A DNA stretch of 64,000 nt from the NCBI GenBank assembly GCA_028697145.1, contig JAQVFR010000016.1:736-64735 (forward strand), written 5' to 3'. Under the pieces are notes generated by a model that was not told the DNA's origin, ran no database searches, and saw nothing but the letters and a program-made list of their open reading frames with translations. The DNA is from Actinomycetota bacterium. GTDB taxonomy: Bacteria > Actinomycetota > Geothermincolia > Geothermincolales > RBG-13-55-18. Positions 39,254 through 49,481 of this stretch are shown in pieces. Made by a program: the position numbers and the translations under genes. Each line of letters starts with the position of its first letter. Positions within the stretch are counted from its first letter, which is position 1.

Positions 39254-41064
39254 CTCCCGGCCTCCTCCCTGGTCACGCGCAGGGCGGAGATGAAGGCCTC
39301 CTGCGGGATCTCCACCTTGCCCACCATCTTCATCCTCTTCTTGCCCGCTTTCTGCTTCTGCAGCAGCTTCTTTTTCCTGGTTATATCGCCGCCGTAACAC
39401 TTGGCGAGAACGTCCTTGCGCTTCGCCTTTATGGTCTCGCGCGCCACGATCCGGCCCCCGATGGCCGCCTGCACCGCCACGTCGAAGAGCTGGCGGGGGA
39501 TGAGCTCGCGCAGGCGCTGGGTGATGCGCCGTCCGTAGTCGTAGGCGCGGCCCCTGTCCACGATGGACGAGAAAGCGTCCACTGGCTCCCCGTTGATGAG
39601 GATGTCCAGCTTCACCAGGTTGCCGGGGAGGAATCCGACGTGCTCGTAGTCGAGGGAGGCGTAACCGCGGCTGCGCGACTTGAGCTGGTCGTAGAAATCG
39701 ACCACGATCTCCGCCAGGGGAAGGCGGCAGCGTATCTCCACCCGGCGCCCGGAGAGATAGACCATGTCCTGGTATATCCCCCTCCTCTCCTTCACCAGCT
39801 CGAGCATGGCGCCCATGTAGTCCGGCGGGACCAGGATGGTCGCCTGCACGTAAGGTTCTCTCACCTCGTCCAGGTTAGCCGCATCGGGCAAGTCCGAGGG
39901 ATTGCGCACGTAGGTGACTTTCCCTCCCCGCTCCTCTACCTCGTAGACGACGTTGGGGGCGGTTATGACCAGGTCGAGGCCGTATTCCCTCTCCAGGCGC
40001 TCCTGCACGATCTCCATGTGCAGCAGCCCGAGAAATCCGCAGCGGTACCCGAAGCCCAGCGCCTTGGAGGTCTCCTTGGCGAAAGTGAGGGCGGCGTCGT
40101 TGAGCTTCAGCCTGTCCAGGGCGTCGCCCAGGTCGCTGAAATCGTCCGAATCCACCGGGTAGATGCCGGCGAAGACCATGGGCTTGGGCTCGAGATATCC
40201 GGGCAGCGGCTCAGAGGCGGGATTGTCCCTGGCGGTCACCGTATCCCCCACCTTTATCCTGGTGACGTCCTTGATGCCGGTGATGACATAGCCGACCTCG
40301 CCCGCCTCCAGGCTGCCGGTTGATATCATGTCCGGGGAGAAGTACCCCACCTCGTCTATCTCCACCGCCGTCCCCTCCACCATGAACCGGGCCTTCATGC
40401 CCTTGCGCACCATGCCCTCGGCCACGCGCACGAAGGCCACCACGCCGCGGTAGAGGTCGTAGGTGGAGTCGAACACCAGCGCGCGCAGCGGCAGCCCGGT
40501 CTCGGCCGCCGGTGGCGGCACGCGCCGGATGATCTCGGCCAGAAGCTCCTCCACGCCCTCCCCCGTCTTGGCCGATACCGCCATGACCTCCGCCGGGTCT
40601 ATGCCGAGCAGGTCCGCCACCTCCATGGCGGTGTCCTCGTAGTCCGCGGAGGGAAGGTCTATCTTGTTGACCACGGGTATGACGGTCAGCCCGGCTTCCA
40701 CGGCCAGGTAGGCGTTTCCGACCGTCTGGGCCTCGACCCCCTGCGACGCGTCCACCAGCAGCACCGCCCCCTCGCAGGCTGCCAGGCTGCGCGACACCTC
40801 GTAGGAGAAGTCCACGTGGCCCGGCGTGTCGATGAGGTTTAGGCGGTATTCTTCCTCACCCGCTGGCTTGTACTGCATGCGTACGGCCGTGGCCTTGATG
40901 GTTATTCCCCGCTCGCGCTCGAGGTCCATGCGGTCCAGGTACTGGTCCGCCATCTTCTGGTGCGGCACCGTCTGCGTTATCTCGAGGAACCTGTCAGCCA
41001 GCGTGGACTTGCCGTGGTCTATGTGCGCGATGATGCAGAAATTTCGTATTCTCTTTTCCTCCAT
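39250..41064 (-). CDS. lepA: translation elongation factor 4
   Basis: [27 protein letters not shown] and the LepA C-terminal domain. ATG at 41064 lies 7 nt after GAGGTG. Confidence 0.95.
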   Translation of the reverse strand: MEEKRIRNFCIIAHIDHGKSTLADRFLEITQTVPHQKMADQYLDRMDLERERGITIKATAVRMQYKPAGEEEYRLNLIDTPGHVDFSYEVSRSLAACEGAVLLVDASQGVEAQTVGNAYLAVEAGLTVIPVVNKIDLPSADYEDTAMEVADLLGIDPAEVMAVSAKTGEGVEELLAEIIRRVPPPAAETGLPLRALVFDSTYDLYRGVVAFVRVAEGMVRKGMKARFMVEGTAVEIDEVGYFSPDMISTGSLEAGEVGYVITGIKDVTRIKVGDTVTARDNPASEPLPGYLEPKPMVFAGIYPVDSDDFSDLGDALDRLKLNDAALTFAKETSKALGFGYRCGFLGLLHMEIVQERLEREYGLDLVITAPNVVYEVEERGGKVTYVRNPSDLPDAANLDEVREPYVQATILVPPDYMGAMLELVKERRGIYQDMVYLSGRRVEIRCRLPLAEIVVDFYDQLKSRSRGYASLDYEHVGFLPGNLVKLDILINGEPVDAFSSIVDRGRAYDYGRRITQRLRELIPRQLFDVAVQAAIGGRIVARETIKAKRKDVLAKCYGGDITRKKKLLQKQKAGKKRMKMVGKVEIPQEAFISALRVTREEAGR

Positions 41065-41219
41065 ATATATACACCTCGGCAATTATCGCACATTCGCGAG
41101 GGATTGAGTGCCTGTTGCTCGAATGTCCTTGATCAATTCTAGGATGACTGCCGGGCAAGTGGCGGCTCCTCGGCGCTTGTGCTACAATTCTCCCTGTTTG
41201 TGGAAAGGAGGGAAATCAG

Positions 41220-41483
41220 TTGCCCAACATAAAGCAGCAGGAAAAACGCATGAGGCAGGCGGAGAAGAGGCGCGTGCGCAACAAGTCGCGCAAGACGGAG
41301 ATAAAGACATACATGAAGCGCTTCGAGGCCGCACTGCAGCGCGGAGACCGCGACGAGAGCACGGAGTACCTGAACAAAGCGATAAGGGCGCTTGACAAGG
41401 CGGCGAGCGACGGCATCATCCACAAGAACAACGCCGCCAACCGCAAGTCCCGCCTCATGGCCAGATACAACAAGTCCGCCTGA
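41220..41483 (+). CDS. rpsT: 30S ribosomal protein S20
   Basis: TTG start after GGAAAGGAGGG. PNIKQQEKRMRQAEKRRVRNKS..HKN.AAR.KSRL. Confidence 0.95.
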   Translation: MPNIKQQEKRMRQAEKRRVRNKSRKTEIKTYMKRFEAALQRGDRDESTEYLNKAIRALDKAASDGIIHKNNAANRKSRLMARYNKSA

Positions 41484-41501
41484 GACCGACTGACAGCAGA
41501 C

Positions 41502-41533
41502 GGCCGCCACCCTTCGCGGGTCGCGGCCTTTTT
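41502..41533 (+). terminator. intrinsic terminator of rpsT (between convergent rpsT and pheT)
   Basis: GGCCGCCACCC-TTCG-CGGGTCGCGGCC followed by TTTTT. Confidence 0.7.
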
Positions 41534-41552
41534 CGCGGGCAGGATACGAGGC

Positions 41553-43967
41553 TCAGCGCAGGCGCGCCCCCAGCCCCCCGGCCAGCTTCGCGATTATGCC
41601 CTCGTAAACGGAGCGTACCTCGTCGTCCCTGAGGGTGCGGTCCAGGGCGTAAAACGACAAGCTGAAGGCCAGGCTCTTCTCGCCCTCGCCCAGTTGATCT
41701 CCGCGGTAGAGGTCGAAGAGGCGGACCTCGCGCAGCAGCTCTCCCCCGGCTTCCCAGATCACGTCCTCCACTTCGCCCGCGTCAACGCCGCCATCCACCA
41801 CGACCGCGAGGTCCATCTGGATGGACGGATAGCGCGGGATCTCCTCGTAGGGTAAGGGCTCGAGCGCGGCGGCGATGAGGGGATCGAGGGCGATCTCCAG
41901 CACGGCGGTGTTCGGCGGCACGTCCGCCGCCGCGGCGACGCGGGGATGGACGAGCCCCAGGAAGCCGACGTCCCTGTCCCGGATGCTCACCGCGCACGAC
42001 TGGGCCGGGTGCAGGAAGGGGAAGCCCTCCCGGCGCAGGTCCCAGGACGTGACGCGCAGGGACGACATCAGGCGCTCCAGTATGCCCTTGGCCGCGAAGA
42101 AATCCACATCCTCCGCATCGCGGTGCCATTGTTTGGGCAGCCATCTCGCTGCGAGAGCACATCCCAGCTTCTGCGCCTCCTCGGGCAGCTTTTCCCGCGC
42201 CCGGGGCACGAACGTCCTGCCCATCTCGAAGAAAAGCAGGCCGGCGACCTGGCGGTTCAGGTTGTAGCGCACCGCTTCCAGCAGTCCCGGAAGCAGCAGC
42301 GGGCGCATAACCGACATCTCCTCGCTTATGGGGTTGCGCAGGATCACCGGTGCGGACGGCAGGCACTGCCTGTCGGGATCCAGTATCTCCAGCCAGCGGG
42401 GGGATATAAAGGCATGGCATATCGCCTCGTGCAGGCCCATGCCGGCGAGGATCCGCGCCACCTCCCTGCGCTTTCCCTGCTGCGGCGTCAGCGACCCGAT
42501 GTTATGGGAAGAGCGCGGCAGCGTGGGCGCGATGCGCCCGTAGCCGTAGAGGCGGGCGACCTCCTCCACGAGGTCGATCTCCCTTTCCAGGTCGGGCCTG
42601 AACGTCGGCACCGTTACCCTGATGGTATCTTCTCCGCCGTCTTCCTTCACCATCTCCGCTTCCAGCTCGATGGAGCGCAGGTATGAGGCCATCTCCTCGC
42701 CCCCGATATCCGCGCCGATGATGGCGGCCGTCCTCCTCACCCTCAGGACCAGGGAAACGGGCTCGATGATGCGGGCCCGCGCATCTACCGCGCCCGGCCT
42801 CACCGTTCCTCCCGCCAGTTCCTGCATGAGAAACGCCGCGCGGTCGGCGGCTCGCACGCATCCTCCCGGGTCCACTCCGCGCTCGAAGCGGTAGGAGGCC
42901 TCCGAGGGCAGCTCCTGCAGCCGGGCGGTGCGCATTATGTTGGCGGGATCGAAGTGTGCCGACTCCAGCAGTATCCTGGTGGTGGAGGCGCTCACCTCCG
43001 TGTGCTCCCCGCCCATGACGCCGGCGAGGGCCACCGGTCCCGATGGATCGCATATGAGAAGGTCGTCGCGGGCAAGACGCCGCTCCACCCCGTCCAGGGT
43101 GGTCATGGCCTCGCCGTTTGCCGCCCTCCGTACGATGATATGCCCGTCCTTTACCAGGTCCAGGTCGAAGGCGTGCAGGGGCTGTCCCGTTTCCAGCATC
43201 ACGTAGTTGGTGACGTCCACGACGTTGCTGATGGGGCGCACGCCCGCCGCCTGCAACCTGCGGCGCATCCACCAGGGGGAGGCGTGGATGCCCACTTCCT
43301 CGATGACCCTTGCCGCGTAACGGGAGCAGAGGTCCCCGTCCTCAATATCCACGCGCACGGCATCCGCGGCCGGCGCCCCCTCCTCACGCAGAGCGAATTC
43401 CGGACTTTTCACCTTCTGCCCGGTGAGCGCGGCCACCTCACGCGCTATGCCCAGCATGGACAGGCAGTCCGGGCGGTTCGGGGTTATCTCCAGGTCTAGG
43501 ACGGTATCGCGCGCGGCGAGCACATCGGAGAGCCGGGCGCCCGCCTTCGCCCCTTCCTCTAGGACCATGATGCCGTCCGCTTCCTCCGAGATCCCCAGCT
43601 CCTTCTCGGATAGTAGCATGCCGCGGGAGGCGACGCCGCGTATGGTCGCCTCGCTTATGCGCGTACCGTCCGGGAGGCGGCTTCCGGGCGGGGCGACGGG
43701 AGAGAGCATGCCGGGCCGTACGTTTGGGGCTCCGCACACGATGTCCGCCACCTCCCCGCCCAGGTCCACCCTGCACAGGGACAGCCTGTCGGCGGAGGGG
43801 TGGGCCTTCACCTCCAGCACGCGGCCCACGACGAACGCCTCGAAGCCCTCCCCGATTTCCTCCACGGCCTCCACCGCGGTCCCGGAGCCGTTGAGCATCT
43901 CCGCAAGGTCATGGGCACTCGCGGGCAGGTCGACGTATTCCGCAAGCCATTCCAGAGAAACGCGCAT
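41553..43967 (-). CDS. pheT: phenylalanine--tRNA ligase beta subunit
   Basis: ATG at 43967 lies 6 nt after GGGGAG and gives MRVSLEWLAEYVDL. The ORF-track extension to 44180 overlaps pheS. Confidence 0.95.
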   Translation of the reverse strand: MRVSLEWLAEYVDLPASAHDLAEMLNGSGTAVEAVEEIGEGFEAFVVGRVLEVKAHPSADRLSLCRVDLGGEVADIVCGAPNVRPGMLSPVAPPGSRLPDGTRISEATIRGVASRGMLLSEKELGISEEADGIMVLEEGAKAGARLSDVLAARDTVLDLEITPNRPDCLSMLGIAREVAALTGQKVKSPEFALREEGAPAADAVRVDIEDGDLCSRYAARVIEEVGIHASPWWMRRRLQAAGVRPISNVVDVTNYVMLETGQPLHAFDLDLVKDGHIIVRRAANGEAMTTLDGVERRLARDDLLICDPSGPVALAGVMGGEHTEVSASTTRILLESAHFDPANIMRTARLQELPSEASYRFERGVDPGGCVRAADRAAFLMQELAGGTVRPGAVDARARIIEPVSLVLRVRRTAAIIGADIGGEEMASYLRSIELEAEMVKEDGGEDTIRVTVPTFRPDLEREIDLVEEVARLYGYGRIAPTLPRSSHNIGSLTPQQGKRREVARILAGMGLHEAICHAFISPRWLEILDPDRQCLPSAPVILRNPISEEMSVMRPLLLPGLLEAVRYNLNRQVAGLLFFEMGRTFVPRAREKLPEEAQKLGCALAARWLPKQWHRDAEDVDFFAAKGILERLMSSLRVTSWDLRREGFPFLHPAQSCAVSIRDRDVGFLGLVHPRVAAAADVPPNTAVLEIALDPLIAAALEPLPYEEIPRYPSIQMDLAVVVDGGVDAGEVEDVIWEAGGELLREVRLFDLYRGDQLGEGEKSLAFSLSFYALDRTLRDDEVRSVYEGIIAKLAGGLGARLR

Positions 43968-43978
43968 CTTTATCTCCC

Positions 43979-45049
43979 CTAGTACTGCCTGAGCAGGCGC
44001 AGGTCGTTGTCGAAGAAATACCTTATGTCCGGCACGCCGTATTTGAGCAGGGCTATGCGCTCCACGCCCATCCCGAAGGCGAAGCCGCTTACCTCCTCGG
44101 GATCGTATCCCACGTACCCGAATACGTTGGGATCTACCATGCCAGCCCCCAGTATCTCGAGCCAGCCCGTCCCCTTGCATACCCTGCAGCCGCTTCCGCC
44201 GCAGATGTTGCAGGACACGTCCACCTCGGCGCTGGGCTCGGTGAAGGGGAAGAAATGCGGGCGGAAGCGCACGTCACGCTCCTCGCCGAACATGCGCCGG
44301 GTGAAATGCTCCAGGGTGCCCTTGAGGTCGCCCAGGGTTATGCCCTCGTCCACCGCCAGCCCCTCCACCTGGTGGAACATGGGGGAGTGGGTGGCGTCCG
44401 GGACGTCGCGCCGGTAAGCTTTGCCGGGCGCGATGACGTAGAGAGGAGGCGGGGTAGCCTCCATCACCCTTACCTGGACCGGGGATGTTTGGGTGCGCAG
44501 GAGGACGTCGTCACTTCCGCTCCCCGGCACGTCCACGTAAAAGGTGTCGGAGAGAGACTTCGAGGGATGCCAGGCCGGCGTGTTCAGCGCCTCGAAGTTG
44601 TAGTAATCGAGCTCCACCTCCGGCCCTTCCACCAAGCGGTAGCCCATGCCGATGAATATGTCCTCGATCTCCTCTATGATGCTGGAGAGCAGGTGCCGCG
44701 TGCCAGCGGGAAAAGCTCTTCCGGGCAGGGTTATATCCACCTCTTCCCGCCTCAGGGCCTCCTCCATCTCCCCTATCCTGAGCAGGCCGCCCTTGTCCGC
44801 AAGGGCCTTCTCGAGCCACCCCTTGAGCAGGTTTCCGAGACGGCCTACCCTGCGCTTTTCTTCGGGTTCCAGGCGCTTGATCCCCTGCAGGAGCACGGAG
44901 AGCCGTCCCTTGCGGCCCAGGTAGGCCACGCGCACTCCCTCCAGCGCCTCGGAGTCCGCGGCCGACTCCAGGGCGGCGCGGGCCTCTTCATATATGCCTC
45001 CCAGCTCGGGATCGGCTCTTATCTCGTCCAGGAAATCCTTGGCTGCCAT
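43979..45049 (-). CDS. pheS: phenylalanine--tRNA ligase alpha subunit
   Basis: HP......I...F...G, LLRTQTSPVQ, FRPHFFPFTEPS and GMG.ERIA motifs. Confidence 0.95.
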   Translation of the reverse strand: MAAKDFLDEIRADPELGGIYEEARAALESAADSEALEGVRVAYLGRKGRLSVLLQGIKRLEPEEKRRVGRLGNLLKGWLEKALADKGGLLRIGEMEEALRREEVDITLPGRAFPAGTRHLLSSIIEEIEDIFIGMGYRLVEGPEVELDYYNFEALNTPAWHPSKSLSDTFYVDVPGSGSDDVLLRTQTSPVQVRVMEATPPPLYVIAPGKAYRRDVPDATHSPMFHQVEGLAVDEGITLGDLKGTLEHFTRRMFGEERDVRFRPHFFPFTEPSAEVDVSCNICGGSGCRVCKGTGWLEILGAGMVDPNVFGYVGYDPEEVSGFAFGMGVERIALLKYGVPDIRYFFDNDLRLLRQY

Positions 45050-45862
45050 TCAGCCGCCCTCCTTTTCACCTGTATTCGCGTTCCTGCGCCTTGCCACCTC
45101 GTACAGCAGCACGGCCGCCGCGGCCGACACGTTGAGGGACTCGGCCTCGCCGAGGATGGGTATGCGCACCAGGCCGTCCGCCATCGCCGTCTCCTCACCC
45201 GGCATCCCCCAGGCCTCGTTGCCCATGACCAGGGCCAGCCTGTCGGGCCATTCCGCCTCCCACATCCCCGTCCCGGCGTGGGCATCCGCGGCGTAAAGGG
45301 CATAGCCGGCCTGTTTCAAGGTTTCGAACACGGAGGACGTCTCTCCGCCGACCGCCAGGGGGACGTGGAAAATGGATCCGGCGGTGCTGCGCACCGTCTT
45401 CGGGTTATAGAGGTCGGCGCTCCCCGCGCAGACGATCAGCCCGCCCGCTCCCGCGGCATCCGCGATCCTTATCAGGTTGCCCAGGTTGCCGGGGTCCCTC
45501 ACCCTGTTGGCGACGACCACCGTCGGCGCTCCACCGTCGGCGATATCCTCGATCCCCGAGTGCAGCAGGGGGCAGACCGCCACGATGCCCTGCGGGGTGA
45601 CCGTATCCGACAGGCCCGCCACTATCTCCTCCGCGGCCGTAAAGCACGGCACTCCCCGGTTGAGGATGATATCAGCGTAGGCTGCCAGGGCATCCCGGCC
45701 TTTCTCGCTGCAGATGATACACTCGAGCGCACGGGAAGACTTCAGGGCCTCGGCCACGCACTGCAGGCCTTCCGCCAGGAACAGGCCTTCCCGGTAGCGG
45801 AAGTTCCTCTTGCGCAGGCGGCGGTAGCGCCTTACGCGCTCGTTCTTCGGGCTCTCGATCAC
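45050..45862 (-). CDS. TrmH/SpoU-family RNA 2'-O-methyltransferase (YsgA-like)
   Basis: DPGNLGNLIRIADAAGA, GNEA.G, ESLNVSAAAAVLLYE. Position between rplT and pheS as in Bacillus. Confidence 0.85.
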   Translation of the reverse strand: MIESPKNERVRRYRRLRKRNFRYREGLFLAEGLQCVAEALKSSRALECIICSEKGRDALAAYADIILNRGVPCFTAAEEIVAGLSDTVTPQGIVAVCPLLHSGIEDIADGGAPTVVVANRVRDPGNLGNLIRIADAAGAGGLIVCAGSADLYNPKTVRSTAGSIFHVPLAVGGETSSVFETLKQAGYALYAADAHAGTGMWEAEWPDRLALVMGNEAWGMPGEETAMADGLVRIPILGEAESLNVSAAAAVLLYEVARRRNANTGEKEGG

Positions 45863-45881
45863 GCCCGACAGGCGAACCCCA

Positions 45882-46268
45882 TCAGACGCTCGCCTCCTTT
45901 GCCTGCGGCTCTTTCTCCAGTTGATCCCTCGCCTTGCGCACCAGTTCCGCGAAGGAGGCGGGATCGGAGACGGCCATCTCGGCCAGCATCTTGCGGTTCA
46001 CCTCGATCTCCGCCAGCTTCAGTCCCTGGATGAACCTGCTGTAAGAAATGCCGTTCTGCCTTGCGGCAGCGTTTATGCGCGCGATCCACAGGCGTCTGAA
46101 GTCCCTCTTCCTGGCACGGCGGTCACGGTATGCGTATTGCAGGGAATGCATGACCTGCTCGTTGGCGCTGCGGTAAGACCTGCTGCGAGCGCCGCGATAG
46201 CCCTTGGCCATGCTCATCACTTTCTTTTTTCTTTTCTTTCTCGCAACGGAATGCTTCGTTCTGGACAT
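45882..46268 (-). CDS. rplT: 50S ribosomal protein L20
   Basis: [12 protein letters not shown]......AL.YAYRDRR..KR.FR.LWI.RINAA. Confidence 0.95.
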   Translation of the reverse strand: MSRTKHSVARKKRKKKVMSMAKGYRGARSRSYRSANEQVMHSLQYAYRDRRARKRDFRRLWIARINAAARQNGISYSRFIQGLKLAEIEVNRKMLAEMAVSDPASFAELVRKARDQLEKEPQAKEASV

Positions 46269-46327
46269 ATCGTCTCAGTCCTTTCCTGGCTGTTTTCGTA
46301 AAACGCGGAAGGCGACGTCGCCCGCCA

Positions 46328-46525
46328 TCAACCCCTACGCAACATCTTCTTAACAGCGGCCGCGTCGGCCCCGGTCACCTCGGCCTTCGAGCGATATCCC
46401 CGCTTGCGGGACGGGCTCTTCTTCGAGAGCAGGTGGTTGCCGTAGCCCTTCCTGCGCCGCAGCTTTCCGCCACCGGTTACCTCAAACCTCTTGGCCGCTC
46501 CCCTGTGCGTCTTCATCTTTGGCAT
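46328..46525 (-). CDS. rpmI: 50S ribosomal protein L35
   Basis: [20 protein letters not shown]....H. Confidence 0.95.
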   Translation of the reverse strand: MPKMKTHRGAAKRFEVTGGGKLRRRKGYGNHLLSKKSPSRKRGYRSKAEVTGADAAAVKKMLRRG

Positions 46526-47057
46526 TCTTTCCTCCGTCCTTTTTAACCACCGCGACCGGCGCCATTATCATCTGCATGTTGCGCCCGTCGAGCTTGGGCA
46601 TGGTCTCCACGGTGCCGAGGTCCGCCAGTTCCTCCGCGATCTGCTGCAGCAGGTTCCTGCCCAACTCCGTGTGGCTCATCTCCCTGCCCCTGAACATGAT
46701 GGTCACCTTTACCTTGTAGCCGGACTTCAGAAATCTCTCGATGTGTTTCTTCTTGATCTCGTAATCGTGCCGGTCTATCTTCGGGCGCAGCTTCATCTCC
46801 TTGTAGGTGACCACGCTCTGTTTCTTGCGCGCCTCCTTCATCTTAACCGTCTGCTCATAGCGGTATTTCCCGTAATCCATGATCTTGCAGACCGGGGGCT
46901 GTGCTTGCGGTGCCACCTCCACTAGGTCCAGGTCCAGTTCCTCGGCCATGGCCAGCGCTTCCTCTATGGGTTTGATCCCGACCTGGTTTCCGTCCGGACC
47001 CACGAGACGCACCTCTCTCGCCCTGATCCCCTCGTTAACGCGCACGTTCTTGTCTAT
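46482..47057 (-). CDS. infC: translation initiation factor IF-3
   Basis: [22 protein letters not shown]....LDLVEV and the C-terminal domain. Probable non-canonical ATA start at 47057 after GGAGGG. The first GTG is at 47045. Confidence 0.85.
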   Translation of the reverse strand: MDKNVRVNEGIRAREVRLVGPDGNQVGIKPIEEALAMAEELDLDLVEVAPQAQPPVCKIMDYGKYRYEQTVKMKEARKKQSVVTYKEMKLRPKIDRHDYEIKKKHIERFLKSGYKVKVTIMFRGREMSHTELGRNLLQQIAEELADLGTVETMPKLDGRNMQMIMAPVAVVKKDGGKNAKDEDAQGSGQEV

Positions 47058-47076
47058 CTGGCATCCCTCCTCGTGT

Positions 47077-47110
47077 AAAAGAAAAGGACAGCGGTCTGTG
47101 CCCGCTATCC
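47077..47110 (-). terminator. leader attenuator/terminator upstream of infC-rpmI-rplT
   Basis: Minus sense GGATAGCGG-GCACAGA-CCGCTGTCC (9 bp with one G-U pair) followed by TTTTCTTTT, about 20 nt before the infC RBS. Confidence 0.6.
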
Positions 47111-47207
47111 ACGGGATCCTGACTTCAGTAACCCTGCAGGCTACGCGGCCGCAGGGTGAGAAGCTCGACCGCTTCTTCTTCGTTCCTTATTTTGTTTTCA
47201 AGGATGA

Positions 47208-47236
47208 AGTATAGTGTATAGCCATCCCGCAGGCAA
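47208..47236 (-). promoter_or_regulatory. putative promoter of the infC operon
   Basis: Minus sense TTGCCT, 17 nt spacer, TATACT, just after the kinase stop codon. Confidence 0.45.
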
Positions 47237-47240
47237 CATC

Positions 47241-49382
47241 TCAGCCCGCAGCCACCTCGCCTACGCCTGCCGTTTTCCCCTCCCGCGGCGCCGCGCCCGC
47301 AGCGCGCAGCGGGAGGATGATGGTGAAGGTGGTGCCCCTGCCCTTGGCGCTGTTCGCCCACATCTCCCCTGCGTGGGCGCTCACCAGCTGTTTGCAGATG
47401 GAGAGCCCGAGACCGGTGCCGCTCTGCTGGCGCGTCGACGATGAATCTACCTGGTAGAACTTGTCGAATATCCTCGGGAGGTCCTGGGCGGCTATGCCGA
47501 TGCCCGTATCGGAGATCCTTATCACGCAGTTGTCTCCCGCCGCGGCCGCCCTCAGCGAAACCGTCCCTCCCTCGGGCGTGAACTTGATGGCGTTATGTAT
47601 GATGTTCATGAATACCTGGGCGAGGCGTTCCCCGTCTCCGTCCAGGGCGGGAAGGTCCCGCGGGATATCGACCTTGATGGCGATGTCCTTCTCCTGGGCA
47701 AGGTTGTCCAGTTGCTGCACCACGCCACCGATTACCTCCGCGAGCGCTACCGGCTCGTGGCGTACGTCGATCATCCCCGCCTCTATCCTGGAGAGGTCCA
47801 GGAGGTCGTTTATGAGCAGGGTGAGCGATTCGGTCTGTTTCTGGACCACGTCCAGGTAATGCCTCTGTTTCTCCGTGATCGGGCCGACCCGTTCCGCCGC
47901 CAGCAAACCCACGAATCCCTTGATGGATGTAAGCGGCGTTTTGAGCTCGTGCGAGACGATGGAGATGAAATCCGATTTCATACGGTCCAGTTCGACGAAA
48001 TCGGTGATGTCGTGCAGGAGGATCACGGCTCCCCCCACGCTGCCCTCGACATCCGGGAGAGGGGTCCAGAACATCTTGAAGATGATGTCGGGGTCCATCT
48101 TCACGAGCAGCTCGCTCTTTACGCTCTCCCCCTTTTTCAGCACCCTCTCCAGCGCGTCCGCGAGGTCGACCTCCCTCGACTCGATCCCGCAGCGGGAAGC
48201 TTGCAGCAGCCCCGGCAGGTATTCCCCATAATCCGTCGCCCTCAGCCCCAGGAGACGTGCGACGAAGGGGTTGGCCAGCACCAGCCTGCCTTCCTGGTCT
48301 ATGACCAGCAGGCCGTCGCTGATGCTGTTTATGATGGTCTCGATCTTGCTCTTGTCCTGCAGGGTCCTGCGGTAGAGGGACGCTTTCTCCAGGGCCAGGG
48401 CTACCTCGCTGGCCAAAGTGAGCAGGAGCTTGGCGGCATCGTCGTCAAAGGCCGCCTCCTCGCGGGAGAAACAGCATAGTTCCCCGACCACGCTCGAACT
48501 GGCGAAAAGGGGCACCGCGATCATGGAGGAGAAGCCGGTTTCCTGCAGAAAGTCGCGGAAACGCGGATCCTCTCCGGCTTCACCGAGCACTACGGGCAAG
48601 ACCGCGGACACCGACAGGTAGAGGGGGTTTTCATCTCCCTCCGCCACCAGTGCCGTCATGCCTTCCTCGTCCAGGCCCTGGATCGCCCTCGGGCTGAGAC
48701 GGCCGTCCGGTTCCAGCAGAGACACCGCGATTGCCTCGTTGTGCACCAGCGCGCTGGCGCTGTCTATGAGCATGGCCGTTATCTCGTCCTCGTCGAGCGT
48801 TGAGGCAAGTTTCAGCGATAGGGCATAGAGGGTGGACAGCTCCCTGCGCTTGCTGTCGGCCTTGTCGAGAAGGTTGGCGACGGCCTGTTTCTCTCTCTCC
48901 TGCTCGCGCGCCTTGTTGATAACGAAGGTCCCGCCCAGGGCGATGATGACGTAGATGGGCACCGCGATGGCCATGCTCTTCAGCGATTCCATGGAAACCG
49001 TCTCGTAAAATATCGGCGCGAAATAGACCAGGCAGGTCACGGCCGTAATCAGCATCGTCTCCAGCAGCTCGAAATACGCTGATGAAAAGATGATGACCGT
49101 CAGGAAGAGCAGGGATAAACCGCTATCGATACCGCCCGCCATGTACACCATCACCGCGATCAGCGCGTCGGTCGCGAGCATGAGCGTGAAGAAAGCGACG
49201 GGGCGATAGCCCTCGTAGGGGAAATAGCGGTGCCCGAGAAAGACGAGGACGGAGAGGGCCACGAAACCGTAGAACACGGGGGATTCGCTGCGCTCGGAGT
49301 ACGGCAGGACGAAGAGCATGGCGGCAACGATGATGGTCAGCCAGAAGATGGAGGCTATGAAGCGGGTCGACAGGAGGATCAT
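47241..49382 (-). CDS. sensor histidine kinase (about 6 TM helices, GAF, PAS, HisKA, HATPase_c)
   Basis: H-box SHELKTPLTSI, N-box NIIHNAIKFT, G-boxes DTGIGI and GTGLGLSI. ATG at 49382 lies 8 nt after GAGGG. The ORF track starts at GTG 49475. Confidence 0.8.
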   Translation of the reverse strand: MILLSTRFIASIFWLTIIVAAMLFVLPYSERSESPVFYGFVALSVLVFLGHRYFPYEGYRPVAFFTLMLATDALIAVMVYMAGGIDSGLSLLFLTVIIFSSAYFELLETMLITAVTCLVYFAPIFYETVSMESLKSMAIAVPIYVIIALGGTFVINKAREQEREKQAVANLLDKADSKRRELSTLYALSLKLASTLDEDEITAMLIDSASALVHNEAIAVSLLEPDGRLSPRAIQGLDEEGMTALVAEGDENPLYLSVSAVLPVVLGEAGEDPRFRDFLQETGFSSMIAVPLFASSSVVGELCCFSREEAAFDDDAAKLLLTLASEVALALEKASLYRRTLQDKSKIETIINSISDGLLVIDQEGRLVLANPFVARLLGLRATDYGEYLPGLLQASRCGIESREVDLADALERVLKKGESVKSELLVKMDPDIIFKMFWTPLPDVEGSVGGAVILLHDITDFVELDRMKSDFISIVSHELKTPLTSIKGFVGLLAAERVGPITEKQRHYLDVVQKQTESLTLLINDLLDLSRIEAGMIDVRHEPVALAEVIGGVVQQLDNLAQEKDIAIKVDIPRDLPALDGDGERLAQVFMNIIHNAIKFTPEGGTVSLRAAAAGDNCVIRISDTGIGIAAQDLPRIFDKFYQVDSSSTRQQSGTGLGLSICKQLVSAHAGEMWANSAKGRGTTFTIILPLRAAGAAPREGKTAGVGEVAAG

Positions 49383-49481
49383 GCGTACGCCCTCGCGCCG
49401 CCCGCCGTCCACCTCCGTTCCGGACGCCTGCGCCCTTCCCGCTCGAACACCCGTCACCTTCAAGGCCTTCCGCACCTTCCC

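Noticed and set aside
43968-44180. N-terminal extensions in the ORF track for pheT. The same applies to sepF (to 26157), ribE (to 55438), ribH (to 53445), hemW (to 39400), acyP (to 27763), hisA (to 8833), rimO (to 61184) and the nuclease (from 14916).
   Set aside because: The extensions overlap the upstream gene, are compositionally junk-like, and bypass internal starts that have good RBS spacing and reproduce the canonical family N-termini.
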